From Desulfobacteraceae bacterium (GTDB lineage: Bacteria > Desulfobacterota > Desulfobacteria > Desulfobacterales > Desulfolunaceae): a DNA stretch of 64,000 bases. Position numbers and translations under genes: made by a program. The notes below the pieces were generated by a model. It saw nothing but the letters and a program-made list of their open reading frames with translations, did no database searches and was not told the DNA's origin. Location: the NCBI GenBank assembly GCA_013619155.1, contig JABXKT010000001.1:12661-76660 (forward strand), in the 5' to 3' direction. Positions 39,314 through 49,628 of the stretch are shown here, in pieces (positions within the stretch are counted from its first letter, which is position 1; every line of letters starts with the position of its first letter).

Positions 39314-40648
39314 TTATCGCTCTTTTTTAGCCAGCTTTGCCGCCTCTTTGAGCAGCAGCTCCCTCTCATTCAACTCCGGGGTATCCATCACCATCTCCAG
39401 AAGGGTCCTCAAAATACGTCCCACCTGAGGGCCTTGGGGAATGCCCCCCCGATCGATGAGATCAGAACCGGTGATGGCCAGTTGAGCCAGAGAGAAGGCC
39501 CCCGGGTTCTGGGGTGACATCTCTGTATAGACGGCACGCACCATGAGGCGGATTTCCGAAAGGGTGTAACCGCCCCGTCTCTTTTTATTGGCCTTCCCGT
39601 CGGCGATCACACACCGCATCCAGTCCCGCCAGGAGAGGCCGCTCTCATCAAGTGCTTTCAGGATACGGCGCACGGCCTTTGGGGTGGTATCGGCGTCGAT
39701 ACGCCTCATATGATGGCGCACACTATTTGAGACAAAGGTGCACTGACGATGACTAAAGCCCAACCCCTCGAGGGAGCGGGCCACCAGAAGCGCCCCCTCT
39801 TTTTCATGGCCAATAAACCGGATACCGCTTTTCCCCATATCCGCACACCGGGGCTTGGCCACATCGTGAAGGGCCATGGCGAGGCGCAATAGGGGAAATT
39901 TATGGGAGATGGCGTTGGTGGCCATCATCATATGCGCCCACACCGTTTCATCATGGTGGGGCCCGCCATCATGGCCCACGCTCTTGAGCATCTCTGGAAA
40001 GAGGTAGAAAAGCCCCTCCCCTGCCCGTAGGGTCTCAAAGAAGAGAGAGGGCGTCTTGGCGGCCATGGCCTTTAAGATCTCATGATGAAGCCGGTGAGGA
40101 TCCACACCACCGATCTCATCAGCCCGCCGAGTCATGGCATCAAGACTTGCCTCGGCCATGGTACCGGAGAGTTCGGCCACAAAACGGGCGGCCCTTAAAA
40201 GCCGCAGAGGGTCCTCATCAATACGGGCATCAGCGTCTCCGGTAAAACGCACAACACGGGCCTTCAGGTCCACCGCGCCCCCCACGGGGTCGATAATCCG
40301 ATGACTCACCGGAGACCATGCCATGGCATTAATGGTTAGATCCCGCCGCAGAAGATCCGCCACAAGCCCCTCGCCTCGAAAGGTGGCCACCTCCACCCCG
40401 TCCACGAGGACCAGGGGAAAACTCCGCCCCACCCTCTGCACCCGATGGCCCTTAAAAAGGGCCTCGATCTCAGGGGCCGACGCCTCTGTGGCAATATCGA
40501 GTTCTCGCGCCACCCGTCCCTGAAGACAATCCCGCACAGCTCCGCCGGCGACTACGGCTTCAACCCCTTTTTCACACAAGCGCTTCAGCACGTGCAACGC
40601 CGTGCCATGGGCACCAAAAACCGCCGGATCAATCCTCATATCATCCAT
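39314..40648 (-). CDS. Class II tRNA nucleotidyltransferase with HD domain (probably CC-adding type)
   Basis: GGAVRD...ELDIAT, RRDLTINAMA, EDPLRLLRAARF, H...LHDVAK..GHE..HHM; the loop after EVATFR is only about 3 residues. Confidence 0.85.
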   Translation of the reverse strand: MDDMRIDPAVFGAHGTALHVLKRLCEKGVEAVVAGGAVRDCLQGRVARELDIATEASAPEIEALFKGHRVQRVGRSFPLVLVDGVEVATFRGEGLVADLLRRDLTINAMAWSPVSHRIIDPVGGAVDLKARVVRFTGDADARIDEDPLRLLRAARFVAELSGTMAEASLDAMTRRADEIGGVDPHRLHHEILKAMAAKTPSLFFETLRAGEGLFYLFPEMLKSVGHDGGPHHDETVWAHMMMATNAISHKFPLLRLAMALHDVAKPRCADMGKSGIRFIGHEKEGALLVARSLEGLGFSHRQCTFVSNSVRHHMRRIDADTTPKAVRRILKALDESGLSWRDWMRCVIADGKANKKRRGGYTLSEIRLMVRAVYTEMSPQNPGAFSLAQLAITGSDLIDRGGIPQGPQVGRILRTLLEMVMDTPELNERELLLKEAAKLAKKER

Positions 40649-40677
40649 ATTAAATGACCATCCTTACCTAAAATATA

Positions 40678-41060
40678 TAAGGGCCTGCGCAAAAATAAAG
40701 TACCCAAAAAACGGGCCTTCTATGGTTAAAGTGGGTTTAAAAACTGAGCCTCCGGCGGCCAGGGAATACATCCCCTGGACCCCAGGTATGTGACCATGAC
40801 GGGCCTTTGGCCCGTCATGGTCACGATAAAAATCTGTTTGGCAACCTTTTGCAAAAGGTTGGCTCCCGGCAGGGCCAAGCGAGGCATCTTTAATCCGGCT
40901 ACCTCTGGCGGCGAGATGAGCCACCTCGAAAGCGGGTTACCGCTGTGATTTGATATTAATCTTGAATAAATTCACAAAACCTAATTTATCAAACCCGCCT
41001 TTGTAAAATAAGGCAAAAGTGGGGCCCCCGGCAGGGCCAAGCGAGACGTAAGCCGAATAA
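40678..41060. repeat. Composite intergenic repeat containing an intact REP-like unit
   Basis: TAA|GGGCCTGCGCAAAAATAAA; GCCTCCGGCGGCCAGGGAATACATCCCCTGGACCCC (40749-40784); palindrome GTGACCATGACGGGCC-TTT-GGCCCGTCATGGTCAC. Confidence 0.85.
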
Positions 41061-41632
41061 CAATCCGGCATACCTTCCATGGCCTGACCTCTTTAAGGCG
41101 GACGCCCCGTCTCTTTTCTAAATTTTATTTGAGGAGAATTAAATAAACGGGGCCCCGCCAGAGGCATAAACGGCATCACTTAAGATTTTTTATCGGCCCT
41201 TTTTTAAAAAAGAACCCCGTAAAATTAGGGCATCACTCACACCGCGACACCCTTCCCCTCACCGCCATTCGATATCTTTGATTTACAGCGAATTGGTCAC
41301 AATTTCAAGCAACAGAGGGCAGAAAAAGAGGGGCCCTTAAAGGGGACAGATGGAGGCATGCGACCCCTTTAAGAGATCCCTATAAACAAATATCTGCCCC
41401 CTTATACCTTGAAGAAATTCTGATTTGCATTATATTGTAACATCCCCTGATGGACGGCAGGGGCAATGAAACTGTTTTTACAGTCCCCACAAACGACGCA
41501 TGAGCCCCAGGGCCTGCCGTGGAGGGTGTGAAAACCCGAGCAGGAATGTTCGGTGACCTCATGACCCGGCGATCTCAATCAGCACGACCCGCTTGAGCCG
41601 CAAACTGAAACCAGCAAGGAGCGTTGAGTACC

Positions 41633-42481
41633 ATGATTCACGACAGTGTGGATAAGGCTAAAAAAGCCAAAGGCGGCAAATCCGATGCCGCCCAGGAACA
41701 GGAAGATATGATGCAGGGAACCCTTTCCAGAATCAAAAATAAACTCTTTGTCATGAGCGGCAAAGGCGGCGTGGGCAAAAGCTCCATCTCCGCCAACCTG
41801 GCCGTGGGTCTTGCCGAGAAAGGGTTCCAAGTGGGCCTCATGGACGTGGACCTCCACGGCCCCAGTATCGCCCAGATCATGGGCCTTAGCGAACTCCTCG
41901 ACATCAACGAAGAGAAAAAACTCATCCCCGCCCAGAAGGGTCCGAATCTCAAAGTCATCACCATGCAGTGCCTCATGCGTGAACCCGACCAGGCGGTGAT
42001 CTGGAGAGGGCCGGCCAAAGCCGGGATGATCCAGCAGTTCGTCAGCCAGGTAGCGTGGGGAGACCTTGACTTCCTCATTATCGATGCCCCTCCCGGCACC
42101 GGCGATGAGCCCCTCACCGTGGTCCAGACCATCAAAGATGCCAAGGCCATCGTGGTCACCACGCCCCAGGAAGTGGCCCTTGCCGACGTGCGCAAGTCCA
42201 TCAGCTTCTGCAAGACGGTGAAGCTGGATGTGGTGGGCCTCATCGAGAATATGGGTCCCTTCAAGTGCCCCGGTTGCGACACCATGATCGCCCTCTTCAA
42301 GAGTGGGGGCGGAAAAATCACCGCCTCGGCCATGGATATCCCCTTCCTCGGCACCCTCCCCTACGATCCAGAAGTAGTGGATGCCTCGGATGATGGCACC
42401 CCCATTTTCATTAAAAACAAGGATAGTGAATTCTCCAAAGCCCTTGACGTAATGATTGGAAAAATCGTGACTCAGCTGTAA
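41633..42481 (+). CDS. mrp: Mrp/NBP35 (ApbC) Fe-S cluster carrier ATPase
   Basis: SGKGGVGKS, DVDLHGPS, WRGP, DAPPGTGD, VTTPQ and ENM...CPGC. Confidence 0.93.
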   Translation: MIHDSVDKAKKAKGGKSDAAQEQEDMMQGTLSRIKNKLFVMSGKGGVGKSSISANLAVGLAEKGFQVGLMDVDLHGPSIAQIMGLSELLDINEEKKLIPAQKGPNLKVITMQCLMREPDQAVIWRGPAKAGMIQQFVSQVAWGDLDFLIIDAPPGTGDEPLTVVQTIKDAKAIVVTTPQEVALADVRKSISFCKTVKLDVVGLIENMGPFKCPGCDTMIALFKSGGGKITASAMDIPFLGTLPYDPEVVDASDDGTPIFIKNKDSEFSKALDVMIGKIVTQL

Positions 42482-42567
42482 GAGCCATCCATATCGGCCT
42501 GGAGATCCTAGCCAGGCCGATACCCCACAGACCACCGATCCAAATTAAGGAGGAGGTGGACGTCACC

Positions 42568-43728
42568 ATGATGGATCACTCCGGCACCACCATCCGAAAG
42601 CGACTGGAGCGAGTGGAAGATACCTTAGCTCCCAGTGCGGCCAGATCCCGAGATGCCCGCCGCAGGCGAAGTGACCCCGCCGAATCCACAGGCTACCGAC
42701 CCCCGTATGCCGTGGATGTGGACCGAATTATCAACTCCCAGGCCTATACCCGCTACATCGATAAAACCCAAGTCTTCTCTCTCATTCAAAACGACCATCT
42801 TACCCACCGAGTCCTCCATGTCCAGCTGGTCTCCCGCATTGCACGCACCGTGGGACGGGCCATGGGTCTCAATGAAGATCTCATCGAGGCCATTGCCCTG
42901 GGCCATGATATCGGCCACCCACCCTTTGGCCATGAAGGCGAGCGAATCCTCTCCCAGATATCCCAGGATGCCGGCCTCGGCCCCTTCCATCACAATATCC
43001 AGAGTGTGCGTTTTTTAGATCTCCTGGAGAAAGGAGGAAAGGGGTGGAACTTAACCCTTCAGACCCTCGATGGCATCTTCTGCCACAACGGCGAGAGCCG
43101 GGATCTGCCCCTAACACCCGATCATGCCAAAACCTTTCAACGCTTCGATGCAGAGTGCAAAAAACAAGGCAAAGAGCCGCTCTTTATCCCCGCCCCCCTG
43201 ACCCTTGAAGGATGCGTGGTAAAATTTGCCGATACCATCAGCTACATCGGTCGGGACATCGAAGATGCCATCCGACTGGGAATCATCGGTCGCCATGAAT
43301 TACCCCAGCCCTGCACCCAATTGATGGGGGAGACCAACGGCACCATGGTCTATACCCTCGTCACCGACATCATCACCCACAGCACCAGTGAAACGATCCG
43401 ATACTCCGACGAGGTGGAGCATGCCCTAATGATGTTAAAGGCCTTCAATCTCGAGCGCATCTACATGAGCCGAGCGATTAAAAAACACCTGGGCAACCTC
43501 ACCGAACTCTTTACCTTAGTCTTTCATCGCTGCTTAAAGGACCTCAACCAAGGGGACGAGGGGTCTAAAATCATGGATCGATATGCCGGGAAAATGAGTC
43601 GGGCGTACATGGAGACCACGGCCCCTGAGATGGTGGTCCGGGACTTTATCTCGGGCATGACCGATAACTATTTCCTCCGCCTCTGCCCGGAATCCCGTCG
43701 ACCCCAGGGCATCGACTTAAATCGTTAA
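42568..43728 (+). CDS. dGTP triphosphohydrolase-like HD-domain protein
   Basis: D.DRII.S..Y.R...KTQVF, R..H, HDIGHPPFGH.GE, ADTISY...DIED and DFISGMTD.Y. Confidence 0.9.
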   Translation: MMDHSGTTIRKRLERVEDTLAPSAARSRDARRRRSDPAESTGYRPPYAVDVDRIINSQAYTRYIDKTQVFSLIQNDHLTHRVLHVQLVSRIARTVGRAMGLNEDLIEAIALGHDIGHPPFGHEGERILSQISQDAGLGPFHHNIQSVRFLDLLEKGGKGWNLTLQTLDGIFCHNGESRDLPLTPDHAKTFQRFDAECKKQGKEPLFIPAPLTLEGCVVKFADTISYIGRDIEDAIRLGIIGRHELPQPCTQLMGETNGTMVYTLVTDIITHSTSETIRYSDEVEHALMMLKAFNLERIYMSRAIKKHLGNLTELFTLVFHRCLKDLNQGDEGSKIMDRYAGKMSRAYMETTAPEMVVRDFISGMTDNYFLRLCPESRRPQGIDLNR

Positions 43729-43758
43729 GCACATCTTCTGCATTATTTTTAAGGCATC

Positions 43759-44203
43759 ATGCGCCCAGAAAGCCCCCTCTTTCAAAATCGCACCTACCGT
43801 CACCTCTGTGCCCCGAGTCGCCTTACCCCCTTTCATGCCACCGTCATGGAGACCAAGCTATTGATCTCGGCCGCAAGGGATCTCGCACCTAGGCGATACA
43901 GGCCATCATCCATACCCGCACCCCTTTAGAGTCCTGGATAGAGACCCATCCCATTGTCCCACGCCCCCTTCCCTAGAGGATCCGGAGCTGATTTGTACCA
44001 TAACAGAGGCTGCACACCGGACCGGAGTCGGTCCCATGGCAGCCCTGGTCGATACCGCCGCCACCGGGAACCGCATCCAGAGTGCAGACACCATCGAGGC
44101 GGCCATCCACTTCGGAAAAGCCATAAAAGGGGTCGAAGGGCTTGCCATTATGGCCGGGTCCCGCATCGGTGCCTGGAGAGACCTCGACCTGGTGCGCCTT
44201 TAA
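43759..44203 (+). pseudogene. Degraded UPF0280/ApbE-superfamily gene
   Basis: Three consecutive frames encode ..NRTYR..FHATVMETKLLISA / AIQAIIHTRTPLESWIETHP / EAAHRTGVGPMAA-LVDTAAT-GNRI..GVEGLAIMAGSRIGAWRDLDLVRL*. There are two frameshifts, and the central region is absent. Confidence 0.72.
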
Positions 44204-44230
44204 ACCCCGGGCCGTTATCGGCCCCTAGGC

Positions 44231-44378
44231 GTCACTATTCAGCCTACTATAAAAAATACGCTCTATGGTTAAAGGCGGCTAAAAAAACGTCTGACAGGCA
44301 GGTGTTCCTGTCATCGAAACGTTTTTACGGCGCTTTTTAAGAAAAAGCGACCTGCCGAAGACGTGGGCGAATAATTAC
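44231..44378. mobile_element. MITE-like element (end type C)
   Basis: GTCACTATTCAGC ... GGCGAATAATTAC; the interior is shared with 20415-20645. Confidence 0.6.
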
Positions 44379-44595
44379 CCCTATTTTTTATTGAAAAAGC
44401 CCGTGTTCCAAGCTCTTCCATGAAAAAAAGGTTGAGTTTTACCGGCAAAAAACGTATGTGAATCGGACAGTATTTTTAATGAATTGCCTGCCAATTTGCC
44501 AACCCGTCTGGCGATAGCCGCCGGACCGCGCCCCTTATGCAGGCCTAAGAAAGGCTGCCGATGAAAAAACCGGGCACGACACCAGGAGAAATGCC

Positions 44596-44967
44596 ATGAA
44601 AAAATTCAAAATCGTTCTCTTATTTTTGATTCTCGCCGTTTTGCTTGTCGTGGGCTACCAGAACTGGGACTTCTTCAGCGCCACAAAATCATTGGTCATC
44701 AATCTCAAGTTAAAAAGCTACCAGACCCCTGAGATTCCCCATGGCCTCTACTTCCTCGGTACGTTTCTCATCGGCTTTCTCATGGCATACACCACAGGGC
44801 TCATGGCAAAATTCAAGACCAGCAAGATGATCAAAGAGCTCAACGGTGCCATCGACTCCCAGCAGGAGAAGATCGCCACCATGCGCAGTGAGATGGACCT
44901 TTTAAAACGACGCCCCGTTGCCGAAGAGATGCCCCCCCAGAAAGAGGAGGGGGCCCAGAGCGTATAG
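44596..44967 (+). CDS. LapA (DUF1049)-like small membrane protein
   Basis: TM-QN-loop-TM followed by a coiled coil; AGGAG RBS. Confidence 0.7.
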   Translation: MKKFKIVLLFLILAVLLVVGYQNWDFFSATKSLVINLKLKSYQTPEIPHGLYFLGTFLIGFLMAYTTGLMAKFKTSKMIKELNGAIDSQQEKIATMRSEMDLLKRRPVAEEMPPQKEEGAQSV

Positions 44968-45167
44968 GCCGTCTCCCGTAAGATATCTTCTCTTTTCGCA
45001 TCACGATAACCGATGCCATAAAATAAACCCCAAGGGGCCTCGATACGGCGTCGATACCACACGCGCCCGATACGATCCCCTTAACAATCCGTCTCAGAGC
45101 TATTTTACGCCGCGCCCAACCAGCGCGGCGTTTGCTTTCGGCGGAGAGCAGCCCCTTGAAAGAGACC

Positions 45168-47849
45168 ATGACGCAAAACAAACCCACACCCATGATGACG
45201 CAATACCTTGAGATCAAATCCAAACACCCGGATGCGATCCTCTTTTACCGAATGGGTGATTTTTTTGAGATGTTTTTTGAGGACGCAAAAAAAGCCTCCA
45301 AGGTCCTTGAAATCGCCCTCACCTCCCGGGATAAAAAATCCGAGAACCCCATTCCCATGTGCGGGATTCCGGCCAAGGCCGCCGACAACTACATCGCACG
45401 CCTCATAGGAGCGGGGCTCAAGGTGGCCGTCTGTGAACAGATTGGAGACCCCAAAACCTCCAAGGGGCTGGTGAAACGAGACGTCACCCGCGTCGTGACC
45501 CCCGGTATGATCTTAGACTCTGCCCTTCTGGATGAGAAGAGCAACAACTTCATCCTCTCTATCCATCGCATCAACGGCATGGCCGGCCTTGCCTGCTTAG
45601 ATATCTCCACGGGAACCTTCCGGGTCTGCGAGGCCAAGAGTCTAGAATCTCTCTTCGATGAAGCGGTGAAACTCGCCCCGTCAGAGATCCTTCTTCCCGA
45701 GGCCCTTCGCGACGACAAAGAGCTGGACCCCTTAAAATCGGCCCTTGAAAAGAGTGCCTTCACCTACATCGAAGATCGAGAATTTGACCTCAAAGGGTCA
45801 AAAAAACGACTCACCGACCAGTTCAGCACCCGTTCCCTGGAAGGGTTCGGATGCGAGGGACTAAAAGTCGGCGTGGGGGCTGCCGGGGCCATCCTGGCCT
45901 ACGTCGGCACGACCCAGCTCCAAAAAATAGAGCACATCGAGGGCCTAGAGGCCTACAGTCTCGATGACTATCTCGTCATGGACGACTCCAGCTTAAGAAA
46001 CTTAGAGCTCATCGCCAACCTAAGGGATGGCTCCCGCAAGGGGACCCTCGTCGGCACCATGGATAAGACGGTCACCGCCATGGGCGGCCGCCTCTTCAAG
46101 GAGTGGATCCGATCTCCCCTTCTCGTGGCCGAGGCCATCGAGGCACGCTTAGATGCCGTCTCCGAGGCCAAAGAGCACATGACGCGCCGCAGCCTGGCCC
46201 GAGAAGCCTTAAACGGTGTCTTCGATCTGGAGCGCCTGGCCAGCCGCATCGCCATGAATCAGGGCAACGCCCGGGACCTAACCGCCCTTAAGAACTCCCT
46301 CTTCGCCCTGCCACGGCTCCTGGAACAACTCACGGATTTTGGATCCGCCCTCTACCGCTACGACGATGATATAGCCCCCTTACTGGATCTGGCAGAACAC
46401 CTCCAGAGGGCCATTCGCGATGATGCCCCCCTCACCCTCCAGGAGGGCAGCATCATCTGCAAGGGCTACAACGGTGAACTCGATGAACTCATCGCCCTCA
46501 CCACCGACGGCAAGAGCTGGATTGCCGAACTGGAGGTGAGCGAGCGAGAAAAAACGGGGCTCTCCTCATTAAAGGTGAAGTACAACAAGGTCTTCGGCTA
46601 CTTCATTGAGGTCTCCAAGGCCCAGTCGGCCCACGTGCCTGAAAATTACATCCGCAAACAGACCCTGGTCAACGCCGAGCGCTATATCACCGAGGCACTC
46701 AAGGAGTTCGAAACCAAGGTCCTTCATGCCCAGGAGAAGAGGAACACCCTGGAGTACCAGATCTTCTGTCTCCTAAGGGATAAGGTCACTGCGTGCCACA
46801 CAGAGCTATCCCTGGCCTCACGCTTCATCGGACGAGTGGATGTCCTTCTCTCTTTGGCCGAGATCGCCGATCACAGCGGGTACACACGTCCCCTCATCAC
46901 CTCAGACGGCGTCATCGATATTCGTGACGGTCGCCACCCCGTGGTGGAGAAGATGATCACCGCCGAGAGATATGTCCCCAACTCCATCCGCCTGGACAAC
47001 ACGGACAACCAGGTCATCCTCATCACCGGACCCAACATGGCCGGTAAGTCCACCGTATTACGGCAAGTGGCCCTCATCACCATCATGGCCCAGCTCGGTT
47101 CCTTTGTACCGGCGGCCAAGGCCACCATCAGCGTTACCGACCGTATATTTACCCGTGTTGGCGCCCTGGACAACCTCTCCCAGGGCCAGAGTACCTTCAT
47201 GGTGGAGATGGAGGAGACGGCCAACATCCTCAACAACGCCACAGCCAACAGCCTCATCATCATGGATGAAATCGGCAGGGGAACCAGCACGTACGATGGA
47301 TTGAGCATCGCCTGGGCCGTGGCCGAGTATCTCCACGACCTCTCCGATGCCGGTGTCAAGACCCTGTTTGCCACCCATTACCACGAACTGACGCAGCTCG
47401 AAGGGCTCAAACCTCGGGTCAAAAACTTCAATATTGCCGTCAAAGAGTGGAATGAAAACATCATCTTTTTACGAAAACTGGTTGAAGGGGGGACCAACAG
47501 AAGTTACGGTATTCAGGTAGCGCGCCTTGCCGGTGTTCCCCAGATGGTGATTAAACGCGCAAAAAAAGTGCTCTCCGTTATCGAAAGCGATGAGAACGGC
47601 GACCAGAAAAATCTAGGACGCCGACTGGGTGAGGGCCTCCCATCCATGGGATACGGTAAAAAATCGAAACCCCTTAAAAAAAAGGCAAAGAGAGAGAGCG
47701 GCTTTATTCAGATGGACCTTTTTCCATGCAGGGAGAATCCAGTATTGGAGAAACTTCTGGCCCTGGATATCAATGCCACCACTCCCTTTCAGGCATTGAC
47801 TCTGCTCAATGAACTCAAAACCCTTGCCGAAGAGGGTTCAAAAGGATAA
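45168..47849 (+). CDS. mutS: DNA mismatch repair protein MutS
   Basis: TPMM.QY, RMGDFFEMF, TGPNMAGKST, DEIGRGTST, FATHYHEL and SYGIQVA. Confidence 0.97.
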   Translation: MTQNKPTPMMTQYLEIKSKHPDAILFYRMGDFFEMFFEDAKKASKVLEIALTSRDKKSENPIPMCGIPAKAADNYIARLIGAGLKVAVCEQIGDPKTSKGLVKRDVTRVVTPGMILDSALLDEKSNNFILSIHRINGMAGLACLDISTGTFRVCEAKSLESLFDEAVKLAPSEILLPEALRDDKELDPLKSALEKSAFTYIEDREFDLKGSKKRLTDQFSTRSLEGFGCEGLKVGVGAAGAILAYVGTTQLQKIEHIEGLEAYSLDDYLVMDDSSLRNLELIANLRDGSRKGTLVGTMDKTVTAMGGRLFKEWIRSPLLVAEAIEARLDAVSEAKEHMTRRSLAREALNGVFDLERLASRIAMNQGNARDLTALKNSLFALPRLLEQLTDFGSALYRYDDDIAPLLDLAEHLQRAIRDDAPLTLQEGSIICKGYNGELDELIALTTDGKSWIAELEVSEREKTGLSSLKVKYNKVFGYFIEVSKAQSAHVPENYIRKQTLVNAERYITEALKEFETKVLHAQEKRNTLEYQIFCLLRDKVTACHTELSLASRFIGRVDVLLSLAEIADHSGYTRPLITSDGVIDIRDGRHPVVEKMITAERYVPNSIRLDNTDNQVILITGPNMAGKSTVLRQVALITIMAQLGSFVPAAKATISVTDRIFTRVGALDNLSQGQSTFMVEMEETANILNNATANSLIIMDEIGRGTSTYDGLSIAWAVAEYLHDLSDAGVKTLFATHYHELTQLEGLKPRVKNFNIAVKEWNENIIFLRKLVEGGTNRSYGIQVARLAGVPQMVIKRAKKVLSVIESDENGDQKNLGRRLGEGLPSMGYGKKSKPLKKKAKRESGFIQMDLFPCRENPVLEKLLALDINATTPFQALTLLNELKTLAEEGSKG

Positions 47850-47931
47850 ATCAGGAGATCGGGTGCAGCAGATCAAACCAACCCCCCCACGCGGTGAGAG
47901 CCCCTCCCATACCCATAAGACCCCATGGGCC

Positions 47932-49584
47932 ATGGCGGTGCTTCGCCTTTTGATCCTGCTCATCCTGCTCACCCCGGCCGCCATGGTCATGACCGAACCC
48001 AAAGCCCATGCCGAGGAGAGCGCGAAAAATATATATTTCACCGCCGAGGCGTACCATAGAAAACTCTTAGAGACCCACGCCTGGAAGAACAGGCGGGATA
48101 AGTGGGTGATCTGCGCGAAAAAATACCTGGCCGTGTGGAAAAAAGACAAGGGGGGCCCCTGGGCCCCTGCCGGACTCTTCCAGGCCGGAAAACTCTACAT
48201 CGATCTGGGAAAATACTCGGGAAAGCCGAGCGATATCCAGCGCGCCCGGGATCTTCTCACCCAGACCCGTGCCTTCGAATCCAGCCGCTACAGCCAGGAG
48301 GCGACCAAACTGCTGAGGCGCCTTCCCAAGGCATCGACGCTTAGGCCCCTCCATCCGCCATCGCCCGCCATCGTCCCTTTGAAAAAAGTATCGACGATAC
48401 AAAAGCGCCAAAAATCCGTGACCAAGCCCCGGAGATCTCCGGCACCCCGCAGCGCCGTCACCCATATTCGCTACGGATCCCTGCCATCTCGCACCCGCAT
48501 CGTTTTAGATACCGAAAGCGCCCTTGCCTTCACCCATGGAACGCTGAAGGGGGATCCAAAAAAACATACCCCCAAACGGATCTGGCTCGATATCAAGGGC
48601 CGGGCGAGCAAAAAATTGAAATCGGCCATCACCTTGGCCCATGACCCCCGAGTGAAACAGATCCGCTCGGGGATCTACAACGCCGATACCGTAAGGGTGG
48701 TGGTGGATGCCGTCAACTTCAGCCACTATAAGGTGTTCTCCTTAAAAAGCCCCCATCGCATCGTCGTGGATATCTGGAGCTCGGCCACTCCCTCGCCTCC
48801 ATCCCATCAGAGCCTCCCTTCGAAAAAAAGAGTCCCCAACATTTCCATCACCCCCGATGATCTGGCCCGTCAACTGGCCTTAGGCGTCTCCCGCATCGTC
48901 ATCGACGCCGGCCACGGGGGCAAAGACCACGGGGCCCCCGGATACACCAAGGGAATTTCCGAAAAAGATGTGGTCCTCACCCTGGCCAAGCGGCTGGCCA
49001 CAAAACTCCGCACGGAGCTCAAGTGTGAGATCATTCTCACCCGAAGCGATGACCACTTCCTCACCTTAGATCAGCGCACCAGCCTGGCCAACCAGAAAAA
49101 GGCCGATCTATTCATCTCCATCCATGCCAATGCCTCACGCAATAAGAAGGCATACGGAGTAGAGACCTATTTTTTAAACCTGGCCAAAGACAGGGACTCC
49201 ATCAACGTCGCCGCCCGCGAAAACGCCACCAGCGAGAAGAACATCAGCGATCTGCATACCATATTGAATAGTTTGATGAAAAACGCCAAGATCAATGAGT
49301 CCAGCAGGCTGGCCCAATATGTTCAAAACGCACTGGTATCAGATCTTAAGACCCACTACAGCAACATCCGCGACAAGGGGGTGAAACAGGCCCCCTTCTA
49401 TGTCCTCTTAGGGGCCCGCATGCCGGCCATCCTTGTGGAGACCGGATTTATAAGCAACAAGCGCGAATGCAAGAGACTCTCGTCGGCCGCCTATCAGGAG
49501 AAGATCTGTGCCGGCATTGTCAAAGGCGTGAAACGCTATATCCAAGCCACCAACCCCGCCTCCCTGGCCCACACCGGCTCTTAA
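47932..49584 (+). CDS. N-acetylmuramoyl-L-alanine amidase (AMIN + Amidase_3)
   Basis: Signal peptide (AHA); IVIDAGHGGKD.GA, EKD, FISIHANA and ILVETGFISN. The start is uncertain. Confidence 0.92.
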   Translation: MAVLRLLILLILLTPAAMVMTEPKAHAEESAKNIYFTAEAYHRKLLETHAWKNRRDKWVICAKKYLAVWKKDKGGPWAPAGLFQAGKLYIDLGKYSGKPSDIQRARDLLTQTRAFESSRYSQEATKLLRRLPKASTLRPLHPPSPAIVPLKKVSTIQKRQKSVTKPRRSPAPRSAVTHIRYGSLPSRTRIVLDTESALAFTHGTLKGDPKKHTPKRIWLDIKGRASKKLKSAITLAHDPRVKQIRSGIYNADTVRVVVDAVNFSHYKVFSLKSPHRIVVDIWSSATPSPPSHQSLPSKKRVPNISITPDDLARQLALGVSRIVIDAGHGGKDHGAPGYTKGISEKDVVLTLAKRLATKLRTELKCEIILTRSDDHFLTLDQRTSLANQKKADLFISIHANASRNKKAYGVETYFLNLAKDRDSINVAARENATSEKNISDLHTILNSLMKNAKINESSRLAQYVQNALVSDLKTHYSNIRDKGVKQAPFYVLLGARMPAILVETGFISNKRECKRLSSAAYQEKICAGIVKGVKRYIQATNPASLAHTGS

Positions 49585-49628
49585 AAAAGAGCCGTCACAC
49601 CGTGGATACTATAATATTTTAGGAAAAA

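Noticed and set aside
41579-42535. Long antisense ORFs (this one, 59520..60263, 4201..4881, 51263..51865 and similar)
   Set aside because: They are shadows of well-supported genes on the opposite strand and carry no motifs.
42568-43728. dGTPase as an antiphage nucleotide-depletion system
   Set aside because: It looks like the housekeeping type, in a core-gene context beside mrp.
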